NCBI GenBank assembly: GCA_016933215.1
Contig: JAFGBH010000079.1
Location: 7,318 to 71,317 of the forward strand
DNA from: Deltaproteobacteria bacterium
GTDB taxonomy: Bacteria; Desulfobacterota; Syntrophia; Syntrophales; UBA2210
DNA length: 64,000 bases
Direction of reading: 5' to 3'
Shown here: piece after piece, positions 49,539 through 59,473 of the stretch
Layout of the letters: every line of letters begins with the position of its first letter
How positions within the stretch are numbered: position 1 is the first letter of the stretch
Notes under the pieces: generated by a model
Seen by the model: the letters and a program-made list of their open reading frames with translations, nothing else
Told to the model about the DNA's origin: nothing
The model's database searches: none
Position numbers and translations under genes: made by a program

Positions 49539-49880
49539 ATGAAACGTAAATATTATAAAGTGCCCGATCAGGTAATGCTTGACCTGCCCGGCGCAAAAGA
49601 TATCAGTTTTCGCGTCATTATAGGTCAGGAAGACGGCGCACCGAACTTTACCATGCTCCTGATCGAGATTGCACCGGGCGGAAACGGGCCGGACCATACA
49701 CACCCCTGGGAAGAGGTAATATATGTAAAAAAGGGTATCGGCCAGATTAAATCGGGCGATGAAAGAAGGCCCATCGGTCCGGGCACCGCCGTTTTCCTTG
49801 CGCCCGGCGAACCGCACCAGTATTCCAACATAGGCAGCGAACCGCTCGAATTTCTCTGCATCATACCCCACAGAGCCTGA
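49539..49880 (+). CDS. Cupin domain protein
   Basis: 113 aa with GPDHTHPWEEVIYV...G...PGEPHQY two-motif cupin pattern. Confidence 0.7.
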   Translation: MKRKYYKVPDQVMLDLPGAKDISFRVIIGQEDGAPNFTMLLIEIAPGGNGPDHTHPWEEVIYVKKGIGQIKSGDERRPIGPGTAVFLAPGEPHQYSNIGSEPLEFLCIIPHRA

Positions 49881-49895
49881 CGTTGTTTTTTCTGA

Positions 49896-50354
49896 TGTAG
49901 CTTCCCGATTTATCGGCGTATTTCCCGTGTCATTGCGAGTCCCGATGAAATCCCGATTTATCGGGAAGCAATCCTGTTTTTATCCTTGGTGCCTTAGTGC
50001 CTTTGTCACTTTGTGCCTTAATCATTGTAGAGATTGCCGCGTCGTTTCACTCCTCGCAATGACCCCGTTATTTTGTAGCTGCCCGATTTGTCGGGCGTTT
50101 TTCTTCATGCTCCGATATTCTCGGGGCGGGCTTCGTAAAACAAACTTCCTTTTGCCGATAAATCGGCGGGCTACATAATCCCTCTGTGCCTAATTCTTGC
50201 TTAATGAGATTGCCGCGTCCCGATTCCATCGGGCCTCGCAATGACCCCATTATTTTGCGGGCTACATAATCCCTTTGTGCCTCTGTCCCTCTGTGCCTTT
50301 GTCCCTTACCCCTTGTAGACAAAACCGCAAGCCCTTTCGTCACAGTCAATAAGG
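49896..50354. repeat. Composite intergenic repeat cluster 1 (modules H, V, O; ends in a TTGTAGACAAAA...CCTTTCGTCA motif)
   Basis: H (CCCGAT-hairpin) at 49896-49925, 50074-50103, 50152-50181 and 50257-50272. V (GTCATTGCGAG...GCAATC) at 49929-49974, 50018-50063 and 50201-50245. Period-8 O arrays at 49984-50017 and 50271-50305. Confidence 0.9.
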
Positions 50355-50357
50355 CTC

Positions 50358-50386
50358 TTGACCGTGGTGCCCCACGCTACCATAAT
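50358..50386 (+). promoter_or_regulatory. Sigma70-like promoter of the RND operon
   Basis: TTGACC-N17-CATAAT, about 105 nt upstream of the adaptor gene ATG. Confidence 0.5.
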
Positions 50387-50490
50387 TACATGAAAACGGT
50401 TGCTGTTAACTGAAAAATGCCTTACATTAACCGATCAGGAATGAATATGCATTTCGATATACCACATTAAACATTCGAGAGACATCGACG

Positions 50491-51660
50491 ATGAAGAAAC
50501 AACTGATCTGGTCCTTGATGCTGATCGGACTCGTTCTGGCCGGCTGGCAGATATATCATAGGTCCGGACTTTTCAATAAACAGACTCCACAGGCGATGAA
50601 CCCATCCATCGCCGTTGAAGTACAACCTATTGTCACCACGGTTATTCGAGAAGTGGAGGTCTTTACAGGCACTCTTCTGCCCGAGTCACAGTTTACCGTG
50701 GCGCCGAGGATCTCGGGTCGACTGGAGAAGCTTCTTGTCAATATCGGCGACGAGGTCAAACAGGGCCAGCTGATCGCCGTTCTCAATGATGACGAATTCG
50801 CCCAAGCGGTGGATCAGGCCAGGGCGGAACTCGATGTGGCCCGTGCGAATATCGAGGAAAATCGAAGCACCCTCGATCTGGCACGCCGTGAATTTGAGCG
50901 TGCCGAATCCCTGCGTGAAAAGAAAATCGTCTCCGTGGCAGAGCTCGACGCTGCCGAGTCTCAATACAAAACAGCCCTTGCCAGGCAAAAGGTGGCTGTG
51001 GCACAGGTTGCACAGAAGGAGGCAGAGCTGAAGACAAATGAGGTCCGGCTTGCCTACACTCGTATCAAGGCGTCATGGGAAAACGGAATCGAATCGCGCG
51101 TCGTGGGTGAGCGCTTCGTCGACGAAGGGGGTATGCTGACGGCAAACTCGCCCATCGTATCGATCATCGATATCAGCTGTCTTAGGGCCGTGATTCACGT
51201 CATCGAGACGGATTACCCCCGGGTGAAAGTGGGCCAGCGGGCGATTGTCACCACCGATGCCTTTCCGGGCCGTGTTTTCGAAGGCTCGATCGCCAGAATA
51301 GCCCCCCTTTTAAAAGAAGCGGCCCGACAGGCCCGCGTTGAAATTGACATCCCCAACCCTGAACGTCTGCTCAAGCCGGGCATGTTCGTCCGTGTTGAAA
51401 TCGAGTTTGACCGCCACGACAACGCTACGGTCATACCCGTCGATTCACTGGTCAAAAACAACGGCAACTGGGGTATCTTCATAGCAGACACGGAAGCCAT
51501 GCGGGCAAAATATGTCAGGGTAACCCCGGGTATCGTGAGCGGCACCATGGTCGAGATAGTCGAACCGCAGATTTCGGGCCTCGTGGTAACCGTGGGGCAG
51601 CACCTCCTCGAGAATGGTTCTCCCCTTTCACTGCCGGAAACAGTCCGGGAACCATCGTAA
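50491..51660 (+). CDS. RND efflux periplasmic adaptor (HlyD/MFP family)
   Basis: N-terminal TM, a lipoyl-like segment GRLEKLLVNIGDEVKQGQLIAVL, a coiled-coil hairpin and beta-barrel blocks. Confidence 0.85.
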   Translation: MKKQLIWSLMLIGLVLAGWQIYHRSGLFNKQTPQAMNPSIAVEVQPIVTTVIREVEVFTGTLLPESQFTVAPRISGRLEKLLVNIGDEVKQGQLIAVLNDDEFAQAVDQARAELDVARANIEENRSTLDLARREFERAESLREKKIVSVAELDAAESQYKTALARQKVAVAQVAQKEAELKTNEVRLAYTRIKASWENGIESRVVGERFVDEGGMLTANSPIVSIIDISCLRAVIHVIETDYPRVKVGQRAIVTTDAFPGRVFEGSIARIAPLLKEAARQARVEIDIPNPERLLKPGMFVRVEIEFDRHDNATVIPVDSLVKNNGNWGIFIADTEAMRAKYVRVTPGIVSGTMVEIVEPQISGLVVTVGQHLLENGSPLSLPETVREPS

Positions 51661-51719
51661 CAGGATGGGCAATTCCATGATCCAACACGAAATCCTTTAC
51701 ACATGCAGGGCAGCCTGAG

Positions 51720-54700
51720 ATGAACCTTTCCCGAGCCGCCGTTCACCGTCCTGTTTTTACCATCATGGTAATCCTGATTGTCTTGATTCTCGGCGGTGTG
51801 TCCCTCTTCCGCCTCCCCATAGACCTCATGCCCGATATCACCTACCCCACCCTGACCATTCGAAGCAATTATGAAAACGCCAGCCCCGAGGAAATCGAAG
51901 AGCTGGTGACCCGTCCCATCGAAGAGGCCATGAGTGCCGTACCCGGCGTAGAGAGCGTCTATTCCACCTCGGCAGAAGGCGTCAGCAACGTCCGTGTCAC
52001 CTTTAGCTGGGGAACCGACCTTGACACGGCGTCGAACGATATTCGCGACCGCCTCGATCGTATCATTTCCCGCCTCCCCGATGACACCGAACGGCCGACC
52101 CTTTTCAAGTTCGATATCGCCAATTTTCCCGTTCTGATCTTCGGGGCATCGGGCAACCTGACTCCTCTCCAGATGCGGAAATTAATCGATGACCAGGTCA
52201 AATACCGCATAGAACGGGTACCCGGTGTTGCGTCGCTCGATGTCTGGGGCGGGTATGAACGGGAGATACAGGTAAATCTGGATGCCGCCAGGATCAAGGC
52301 CATGGGCCTTCCCCTGGATCTCATTCTCTCTCGTATCAAAGAGGGTAACCTCAACCTCCCCGCCGGCACTATCGACCGGGGAAACCTTGAGGTTACCATG
52401 CGCACGTCGGGACAGTACAGCAATCTCGACCAGCTTGCCGACACCGTCATAATAATTCGCGACGGCGCCTCCATAAAACTCCGCGACATTGCCCGCATCG
52501 ATAATACCTGGAAAAAGATATCGCGGATCATCTGGGTAAACGGAAAGCCCGGGGTACGCCTGGGCGTGACAAAACAATCGGGATCCAATACCGTCGATGT
52601 GGCGAAGAAGGTCCTGGAAGAAGTGAGAGTGATCAACCGTGATATACCGCAGATACATATCACCCCGATTATCGATACATCGGATTACATCCAGAATTCC
52701 ATTACGAACGTGGGGACCATGGCGATCTACGGCGGGATTCTGGCTATTCTCGTTCTCCTTTTCTTCCTCAGGAATCTTGTCAGCACCCTGATAATCGCAA
52801 CAGCGATACCAATATCGATTATTGCCACCTTTGCCCTTATGTATTTCGGAGGACTCACCCTTAATATCATGACCCTTGGAGGACTTGCCCTCGGCATCGG
52901 CATGCTGGTCGATAATGCCATCGTGGTTCTGGAAAATATCTACCGGCACCGGGAATCGGGCGAGGCTCCCGAAGATGCCACCATCAAGGGAAGCAGCGAA
53001 GTGACATCAGCGATTATCGCCAGCACGCTCACCACTCTGGCGGTCTTTCTCCCCCTCGTATTTATTCGGGGAATGTCGGGGATCATGTTCAAACAGCTCG
53101 CCATGGTGGTCAGTTTTGCTCTTCTTTGTGCCCTTATGGTGGCAATCACCCTTATTCCCATGATGTCCGCAAAGCTCCTCCGCGTGGGAGTCCACAACTC
53201 GGGTGCATCACCAATGGACAAACTCTACCGTCTCAGCAGCCGTTTTTTCACCGGGATGGAAGACCGGTATAAGGAAATCCTCCATCTCGCCCTCGACCAT
53301 AGGAAACTGGTGGTCATCGGGACATTTGTGCTTCTCCTGGCAAGTCTGGCCCTCATTCCCCTTGTTGGCGTCGAGTTCATGCCGACCACCGACGAGGGTG
53401 AAGTCCGCATCGATGCTGAGATGAAAGTCGGAACACGGCTTGAGGTACTAACGGAAAAATTCAGGCTCATTGAAGAGCTTGTGAAACGTGAAGTCCCGGA
53501 AGCAAAAAACACGGTCACCAGCATTGGGGGATCGGGCTGGCGCTCCGGGGGCTCACATGCGGGAAGAATGCAGATCGCACTCAAACCCAGGGAGGAGCGG
53601 TCCCGTTCCAGTGAGCAGATTGCCGCCGATCTTCGCCCCATACTCAGCAATATTCCCGGAACCACCATCCGTACACGGGCCGGCCAGGGACTCTTTCTCC
53701 TGCGTATCTTTTCCGGCGGAGATACGGAACGGGTACAGATTGAAATCCGGGGATTCGATCTTGAAACCGCCGACGCCCTTGCGGAAAGCGTAAAAACTCT
53801 CGTCGAAAATGTTGATGGCGTCACCGATGCGCGGGTGAGCAGGGAATCGGGAAGCCCCGAAGAAATTGTCTTCGTGGACCGCCTGAAGGCCGCCGATCTG
53901 AAGCTCACCGTCTCACAGATCGCCAATATGCTTCAGACTGTCATCTCAGACACCAAAGCGGGCAGTTACCGGGAAGGGGGCGACGAATACGACATCCGCG
54001 TCAAGATTGAAGAGGCGGAAAAGCTCGGCCTCCGGGAAATCCTCGACCTGACCCTCGTCGGCTCTGAGGGTGAACCGGTGGTGCTCAGAAACGTGGTAAA
54101 AGTGGAGCCCAGAAGCGGCCCCGTAAGAATCGAGCGAAAGGATCAGGCACGTATACTCACCGTTTCGGCCAACACCAGCGGTCGTGACATGGGTTCGATA
54201 CTTGACGATATCCGCGAGCGGCTCAGGTCCATTCCCGTCCCCCGCGATTTCAGCATCGTCTTCGGCGGCGACTATGAAGAACAGCAAAAAGCCTTCCGGG
54301 AATTACTGCTCAGTTTCATACTGGCACTTATCCTCGTTTACATGGTCATGGCATCTCTCTACGAATCGCTCCGATACCCCCTGGTGGTCATGTTTTCCGT
54401 CCCCTTTGCCGCCATCGGTGTCATCCTGATTCTCTTTCTTTCCAATACTACCTTTAATGTCCAGTCCTATATCGGCTGCATCATGCTCGGCGGTATCGTG
54501 GTAAATAATGCCATCCTTCTGGTGGATCACATCAACCTTCTCCGACGCCGCGACAATCTCCCTCTCAGAGAGGCTATCGAAGAAGCGGGTCGCCGTCGAC
54601 TGAGACCGATTCTCATGACGGCAATGACGACGATCCTCGCCATGGTTCCGCTCGCAATCGGACTTGGTGAAGGTGGTGAAGTTCAGGCACCGCTGGCACG

Positions 54701-54797
54701 TGCCGTTATCGGAGGGCTCATCAGTTCCACCCTGATTACACTGCTCATGGTTCCCTCGGTGTATCTCATATTCGAAAAGGGACGGGAGAAAAAATGA
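51720..54797 (+). CDS. RND efflux permease (AcrB/HAE1-like)
   Basis: 1025 aa with 12-TM AcrB architecture. N-terminus AVHRPVFTIMVILIVLILGGVSLFRLPIDLMPDI. Confidence 0.95.
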   Translation: MNLSRAAVHRPVFTIMVILIVLILGGVSLFRLPIDLMPDITYPTLTIRSNYENASPEEIEELVTRPIEEAMSAVPGVESVYSTSAEGVSNVRVTFSWGTDLDTASNDIRDRLDRIISRLPDDTERPTLFKFDIANFPVLIFGASGNLTPLQMRKLIDDQVKYRIERVPGVASLDVWGGYEREIQVNLDAARIKAMGLPLDLILSRIKEGNLNLPAGTIDRGNLEVTMRTSGQYSNLDQLADTVIIIRDGASIKLRDIARIDNTWKKISRIIWVNGKPGVRLGVTKQSGSNTVDVAKKVLEEVRVINRDIPQIHITPIIDTSDYIQNSITNVGTMAIYGGILAILVLLFFLRNLVSTLIIATAIPISIIATFALMYFGGLTLNIMTLGGLALGIGMLVDNAIVVLENIYRHRESGEAPEDATIKGSSEVTSAIIASTLTTLAVFLPLVFIRGMSGIMFKQLAMVVSFALLCALMVAITLIPMMSAKLLRVGVHNSGASPMDKLYRLSSRFFTGMEDRYKEILHLALDHRKLVVIGTFVLLLASLALIPLVGVEFMPTTDEGEVRIDAEMKVGTRLEVLTEKFRLIEELVKREVPEAKNTVTSIGGSGWRSGGSHAGRMQIALKPREERSRSSEQIAADLRPILSNIPGTTIRTRAGQGLFLLRIFSGGDTERVQIEIRGFDLETADALAESVKTLVENVDGVTDARVSRESGSPEEIVFVDRLKAADLKLTVSQIANMLQTVISDTKAGSYREGGDEYDIRVKIEEAEKLGLREILDLTLVGSEGEPVVLRNVVKVEPRSGPVRIERKDQARILTVSANTSGRDMGSILDDIRERLRSIPVPRDFSIVFGGDYEEQQKAFRELLLSFILALILVYMVMASLYESLRYPLVVMFSVPFAAIGVILILFLSNTTFNVQSYIGCIMLGGIVVNNAILLVDHINLLRRRDNLPLREAIEEAGRRRLRPILMTAMTTILAMVPLAIGLGEGGEVQAPLARAVIGGLISSTLITLLMVPSVYLIFEKGREKK

Positions 54798-56446
54798 AAG
54801 GACCGGGTCCCTCAATCATGGAATTGAAGAAGATATCGAAACATCATACGAAACAATTCATGATTCTCTTCTTCGGGGTCTTCTGGCTTTTCGCAGGATC
54901 CTGCGCAGCCCCGCAGCAAAGGGAGATAGGCGAATATATCGGTCCCCCGAAACCTGCTGTCTTGGCGCCAGAGATGGAATCGCCCGAAGGAATAGCAAAA
55001 ATTGCCGAGACGCAAAAAACCGTTATTACGAAAGGCCCCCTGGAGATAACGACCGGGGATGCCATACTTATGGCGTTGGAGAATAATCGCGCCCTTCGAA
55101 TCGAAAAGCTGAGTCCCGAGATATACCGAGCCGGAGAAGAGAAGGAACGGGCCCTCTTTGATCCCGTTCTCACCGGCACCTACTCCCGGTTTCGCAATAA
55201 AACAGATACCGACCTCCCGGCCATCGGAGACAGTCTTGAAAAAGAAGTCGATACGGGACTGGGGCTTTCCGGGCGTATTCCCACGGGCACCGATGTTGCG
55301 CTCGGGATCTCGACGGAAGAGACATGGTCCGACGTCTCCCCGGACGATCTTTACGAATCACGCCTCGGCCTCAGTGTGACACAGGCCCTCTTGAGGGGTG
55401 GCGGCATAAAGTACAACCTGGCCAGGCTCCGTCAGGCGAGACTGGACACGCGCGCATCGCAGTATGAGCTGCGCGGTTTTGCCGAAACCCTCGTGGCACA
55501 GGTTGAGGAAACATACTGGGATTATGCACTCACCGGACGGCAGATCGAAATCTTTCAGGAATCACTGAAGCTGGCTGAAAAGCAGAGAAGCGAAACGGAA
55601 GAAATGATCACGATCGGTTCCCTGGCCGAATCGGAGATTACCGCCGCAGAGGCCGAAATCGCCCTCAGACGTGAAGGCCTCATCAATGCACGAAGCACCC
55701 TCGAAAAGACGCGCCTGCAGTTGCTGCGATTACTGAACCCCCCGGGCGAAAACCTCTGGTGCCGTACACTTGTCATTCTGGACCAGCCCGTTGCACCCGA
55801 CGTCATTCTGGATGACGTGGAGGACCATGTGGGCGTTGCCATGCGGATGAGACCCGACCTGAACCAGGCACGGCTTCAGGTGCTTCGGGGTGATCTCGAA
55901 ATTGTCACAACGAAAAACGGCGTCCTTCCCAAGCTGGACTTCTTCATAAACCTGGGCAAAACGGGATATGCCTCGTCATTCAACAGTGCCATCAACGATA
56001 TAAACGGCGATTCCTATGATATTCTGGCGGGGATCAACCTTGCATATCCATTCCTGAACCGTGATGCCAAAGCCAGTTACCGACAGTCCTTAATCAGCCG
56101 GAAACAGGCTGACGAATCAGTCGAAAATATGGCCCAGCTTGTCCAGGTGGATGTCAGGTCGGCCTATATCGAAGTCAACCGCACCAGGGAACAGATCGCG
56201 GCCACCACTGCCACCCGCGCACTCCAGGAGGAAAAGACGCGGATCGAAATGGAAAAATTTCGTGTGGGCAAATCGACGACACTTCTCGTGGCCCAGGCCC
56301 AACGTGACCTTCTTGCAAGCCGCATCGCAGAAACGGAGGTCACTGCCAATTATCTTAAATCCCTCGTTGAACTCTACCGTCTTGAAGGGTCTCTTCTCGA
56401 ACGGCGGGGCATCGAGGCCCCCGGCCACGAAACGGTCAGCTTCTGA
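54794..56446 (+). CDS. Outer membrane efflux protein (TolC/NodT-like, probable lipoprotein)
   Basis: Lipobox-like FAGSC and two OEP repeats. ATGA overlap with the RND permease. Confidence 0.85.
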   Translation: MKGPGPSIMELKKISKHHTKQFMILFFGVFWLFAGSCAAPQQREIGEYIGPPKPAVLAPEMESPEGIAKIAETQKTVITKGPLEITTGDAILMALENNRALRIEKLSPEIYRAGEEKERALFDPVLTGTYSRFRNKTDTDLPAIGDSLEKEVDTGLGLSGRIPTGTDVALGISTEETWSDVSPDDLYESRLGLSVTQALLRGGGIKYNLARLRQARLDTRASQYELRGFAETLVAQVEETYWDYALTGRQIEIFQESLKLAEKQRSETEEMITIGSLAESEITAAEAEIALRREGLINARSTLEKTRLQLLRLLNPPGENLWCRTLVILDQPVAPDVILDDVEDHVGVAMRMRPDLNQARLQVLRGDLEIVTTKNGVLPKLDFFINLGKTGYASSFNSAINDINGDSYDILAGINLAYPFLNRDAKASYRQSLISRKQADESVENMAQLVQVDVRSAYIEVNRTREQIAATTATRALQEEKTRIEMEKFRVGKSTTLLVAQAQRDLLASRIAETEVTANYLKSLVELYRLEGSLLERRGIEAPGHETVSF

Positions 56447-56461
56447 TTTTTGACGCTTCGT

Positions 56462-56804
56462 GTCATTGCGAACTCAGTGAAGCAATCTCGTTTTTTAATG
56501 TAGTTGTCCGATTCATCGGGCGTTTTTGCTTTTGCCCATAAATGGGCGGGCTACAGAATCACTTTGTGCCTCTGTCCCTCTGTCCCTTTGTGCCTTTGCT
56601 ACTTTGTGCCTTAATCGTTGTAGAGATTGCCGCGTCGCTTCGCTCCTCGCAATGACTGGGGGGCTGATTGTCGCGTCGTTTCCCGCCATGCTTCGCTCGC
56701 GGCTGCGACTCACCCTTGCAATGACCCCTGTCTTTGCCGATAAATCGGCGGGCTACATAATCACTTTGTCCCTCTGTGCCTTTGCTACTTTGTGCCTCTG
56801 TGCC
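56462..56804. repeat. Composite intergenic repeat cluster 2 (V+, then a ~306-bp unit H+ H- O V- Vlong- H- O)
   Basis: Modules at 56462-56487 (V+), 56499-56527 (H+), 56532-56560 (H-), 56561-56610 (O), 56611-56656 (V-), 56666-56725 (V long), 56734-56762 (H-) and 56763-56804 (O). Confidence 0.9.
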
Positions 56805-56921
56805 TGATATTTCCCCTTGACTTTTTTAGCGCGTACCATTAGTGTCGCTCACATATTGCAATGAGAGAAACCTCCTGCCATTTCTGCTGTTGGGAGGTCT
56901 TTTATATAGAATCAGGATGTT

Positions 56922-57584
56922 ATGCTTAAACGTATAAAATACTCTGTTATCACCTCAAATATCTTCCTCGCTTTTCTCTACCGGTTTATTCGACTCTATT
57001 CCTCCACCTTTCGCCTCACCGTCGAAAACGAAGGAAAATGGATCAATCATATCGAGAATGGGGGAAGAGTGCTGCTCTGCACCTGGCACCAGCAATTCTT
57101 CTCGGCAATCCATCACTTCAAGAACTACCGAAAATACAAACCCGGTCTCATGATCAGCAGAAGTTTCGACGGTGATCTCATTTCGGGCATCGCAAACCGA
57201 ACGGGGTGGTATACCATGCGCGGTTCCTCCTCGAAAGGCGGCCGTAAGGCCCTGGGCGGAATGATCGAAAAATTAACTGAAACGGGGCTTGCCGCCCACA
57301 TCGTTGATGGTCCCCGGGGACCTGCTGGTGTGGTAAAGGCCGGCGCAATCCGCCTTGCATCAGCCGCCAATGCAGTCATTGTGCCCTTTTATACCTCTAC
57401 CGAAAATGCGTGGTATTTTAAAAGCTGGGACCGGTTCATGCTTCCCAAGCCATTTGCCAGGGTGACGCTGCGATTCGGCGACATGATCCCCTGCCCTGCT
57501 TCGGAAAATGATGATGATTTCGAGCATCATCGAAGTTCTCTGGAGCAGCTTATGCTCCCCGAAATTCGTCTCTCCGCCGCATAG
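56922..57584 (+). CDS. DUF374 (lysophospholipid acyltransferase-like) protein
   Basis: ...LLCTWHQQFF...ISRSFDGDLISGIANRTGWYTMRGSSSKGG...DGPRGPAGVVKAG..., typical of DUF374. Confidence 0.75.
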   Translation: MLKRIKYSVITSNIFLAFLYRFIRLYSSTFRLTVENEGKWINHIENGGRVLLCTWHQQFFSAIHHFKNYRKYKPGLMISRSFDGDLISGIANRTGWYTMRGSSSKGGRKALGGMIEKLTETGLAAHIVDGPRGPAGVVKAGAIRLASAANAVIVPFYTSTENAWYFKSWDRFMLPKPFARVTLRFGDMIPCPASENDDDFEHHRSSLEQLMLPEIRLSAA

Positions 57585-57600
57585 CGGGGACTTAATCCGT

Positions 57601-57898
57601 TGTAGTTGCCCGATTCATCGGGCTCTTTTCGTCTTGCCGATAAATCGGCAGGCTACAGAATCCCTTTGTGCCTCTGTGCCTTTGTTACTTTGTGCCTTTA
57701 TCTTTAACGAGATTGCCGCGTCGTTGCACTCCTCGCAATGACTGGAGGGCTGATTGCCGCGTCGCAGACCGCCACGCTTCGCTCGCGGCTTCGGCTCACC
57801 CTCGCAATGACCAACATCTTTGCCGATAAATCGGCAGGCTACAGAATCCCTTTGTGCCTCTGTGCCTCAGTGCCTCTATGCCTCTGTATCTCTGTGCC
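57601..57898. repeat. Composite intergenic repeat cluster 3 (collinear copy of the 56499-56804 unit)
   Basis: Same module order: H+ 57601-57629, H- 57634-57662, O 57663-57696, V- 57697-57742, V long 57752-57811, H- 57820-57848, O 57849-57898. Confidence 0.9.
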
Positions 57899-57920
57899 TA
57901 TCTTTTGAAACATTTCCCGA

Positions 57921-57950
57921 TTGACAAACAAAAAATCCCGGTGTTATGAA
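57921..57950 (+). promoter_or_regulatory. Sigma70-like promoter of the abfD-like/ligase operon
   Basis: TTGACA-N18-TATGAA, about 55 nt upstream of the ATG at 58006. Confidence 0.45.
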
Positions 57951-58005
57951 ATCGGAATCACCGTTCTATCAAATCATGTCATAAGAGGGGGGGGAATCGC
58001 AGTCC

Positions 58006-59442
58006 ATGGGTATCAAAACGAGTGCAGAATATCTTGAAAGCCTGAAGAAACTGAAGCCAACGGTCTACATCGCCGGTGAAAAGGTCGAGGATGTCTCGAC
58101 GAACAAATTCTTCCAGCCTTCAATCAAAGAGGTCTGTAAATTCTACGACTGGACCAACGATCCGGAAAAACGTGACGACTTTGTCTACTGGTCGTCCCTC
58201 ATCAACGAAGAGGTCAGTTTCTGGACCCACATCAGGGAGACCAAGGAAGAATTCGTCGACCTCCTCAAAATCATGAAAAAGAACAACGCCCGGAATTTCT
58301 GCTCCTTCTGCATGGGGATCGGCCCCTGCGTCTTCTGGGCAACCACCTATGATATCGATCAGGCAAAGGGCACCAACTACCAGGAACGGCTCAGGGAATT
58401 CTTCAAGAAGCTGCAGCGGGAAGACCTCCGGTTCTGCCTCGGGGTCATGGACCCGAAGGGCGACCGTTCGCTGAAACCGAGCGAGCAGGCCGACCCTGAT
58501 CTCCACCTTCGCATCGTCGAGAGAAAAGCCGACGGAATCGTCGTGAACGGCGCCAAGATGCACACCTCAACCGCACCCTTGGCCCACTATATCTTCTGCG
58601 CCCCCGGCGGGTTCCTGACCGAAGAGGACAAGGACTATGCCGTCTCCTTCGCCATCCCCATCGACACAAAGGGAATTACCTTTATCGCCCGGCCGTCGCC
58701 CTGCCCCCTGAATGCAACCCAGATGTCAAATCCCGCCAGCATCCGCCACAACATGGTCGAATGCCTCACCGTTTTTGACAACGTTTTCGTCCCCTGGGAA
58801 AATGTCTTCATGGCCGGGGAATGGGAATTCACCGACCGCTTCATCCACTATTTCTCATCCTACGGCAGGCCTGTCAAGGCCACCTGCATATCGGCCCGAA
58901 CCGACATGATCGCCGGCGCGGCGGCACTGATTGCCGATTACAACGGCGTTTCCAAGGCCAGTCATATCAGGAGCAAGATCAACGACATGGTAATCAGCTC
59001 GGAAATCGGATGGGGGTGCGTGATGGGTGCCGTGGCAAATTCCGTCGATCATCCGAGCGGCATTCCAATCCCCGATATATCCATGAGCAATGCCGGGCTC
59101 TATCATACGAGGCTCCGTTTCGTGGAGTTTCTGGGAATGCTGATGGAGATCGCCGGCGGCGTGGTCACCACCATGCCGATCGAGGCGGATTTCAGAAACG
59201 AGGAGACGCGGCCCCTCATCGAGAAATACTTCAAGGCAAAAAGCGACATCCCCACCGAGGATCGGTTGAAACTTCTCTATCTTATTCAGGAGCTCACGGC
59301 ATCACGATTCGGCGGCTATTTCCTCTCCAGCGCCATCTGCGCCGTCGGAACGCCGGAGACCAACAGGCTCGAAGTCCTCAGAAACTACGATCTCCTGGCC
59401 CAGATCGAAAACGTGAAAGACATATGTGACATCAAAACCTGA
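58006..59442 (+). CDS. 4-hydroxybutyryl-CoA dehydratase/vinylacetyl-CoA isomerase family protein (HpaB fold)
   Basis: Collinear with remembered Clostridium AbfD blocks: TTYDIDQAKGTNY, MDPKGDRSLKPSEQADPDLHLRIVERKADGIVVNGAKMHTS and EDKDYAVSFAIP. Confidence 0.8.
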   Translation: MGIKTSAEYLESLKKLKPTVYIAGEKVEDVSTNKFFQPSIKEVCKFYDWTNDPEKRDDFVYWSSLINEEVSFWTHIRETKEEFVDLLKIMKKNNARNFCSFCMGIGPCVFWATTYDIDQAKGTNYQERLREFFKKLQREDLRFCLGVMDPKGDRSLKPSEQADPDLHLRIVERKADGIVVNGAKMHTSTAPLAHYIFCAPGGFLTEEDKDYAVSFAIPIDTKGITFIARPSPCPLNATQMSNPASIRHNMVECLTVFDNVFVPWENVFMAGEWEFTDRFIHYFSSYGRPVKATCISARTDMIAGAAALIADYNGVSKASHIRSKINDMVISSEIGWGCVMGAVANSVDHPSGIPIPDISMSNAGLYHTRLRFVEFLGMLMEIAGGVVTTMPIEADFRNEETRPLIEKYFKAKSDIPTEDRLKLLYLIQELTASRFGGYFLSSAICAVGTPETNRLEVLRNYDLLAQIENVKDICDIKT

Positions 59443-59473
59443 CCCCGTTTACAAGTCACGGAAGGAGGGAACC

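Noticed and set aside
49927-50349. Track ORFs lying inside repeat clusters or family-2 repeats. These are 49927-50178, 50068-50349, 56513-56713, 56526-56807, 57508-57741, 61522-61716, 62531-62713, 36575-36772, 36671-36919 and 45932-46168.
   Set aside because: They are translations of the H, V, O and family-2 repeat modules (e.g. VIARSEATRQS, KAQRDRGTEAQ). They have no RBS and overlap on both strands, and their 'conservation' is explained by nucleotide repeats.
56561-56610. Octamer arrays as a possible CRISPR array.
   Set aside because: The unit is only 8 bp and strictly tandem with no unique spacers. No cas genes or leader are present.
56870-56905. ACCTCC-N17-GGAGGT hairpin plus CTTTTAT before DUF374 as a terminator or attenuator.
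   Set aside because: The stem is only 6 bp, the loop is 17 nt and the T-run is interrupted. It is too weak to call as a feature and is mentioned only in passing under the secA finding.
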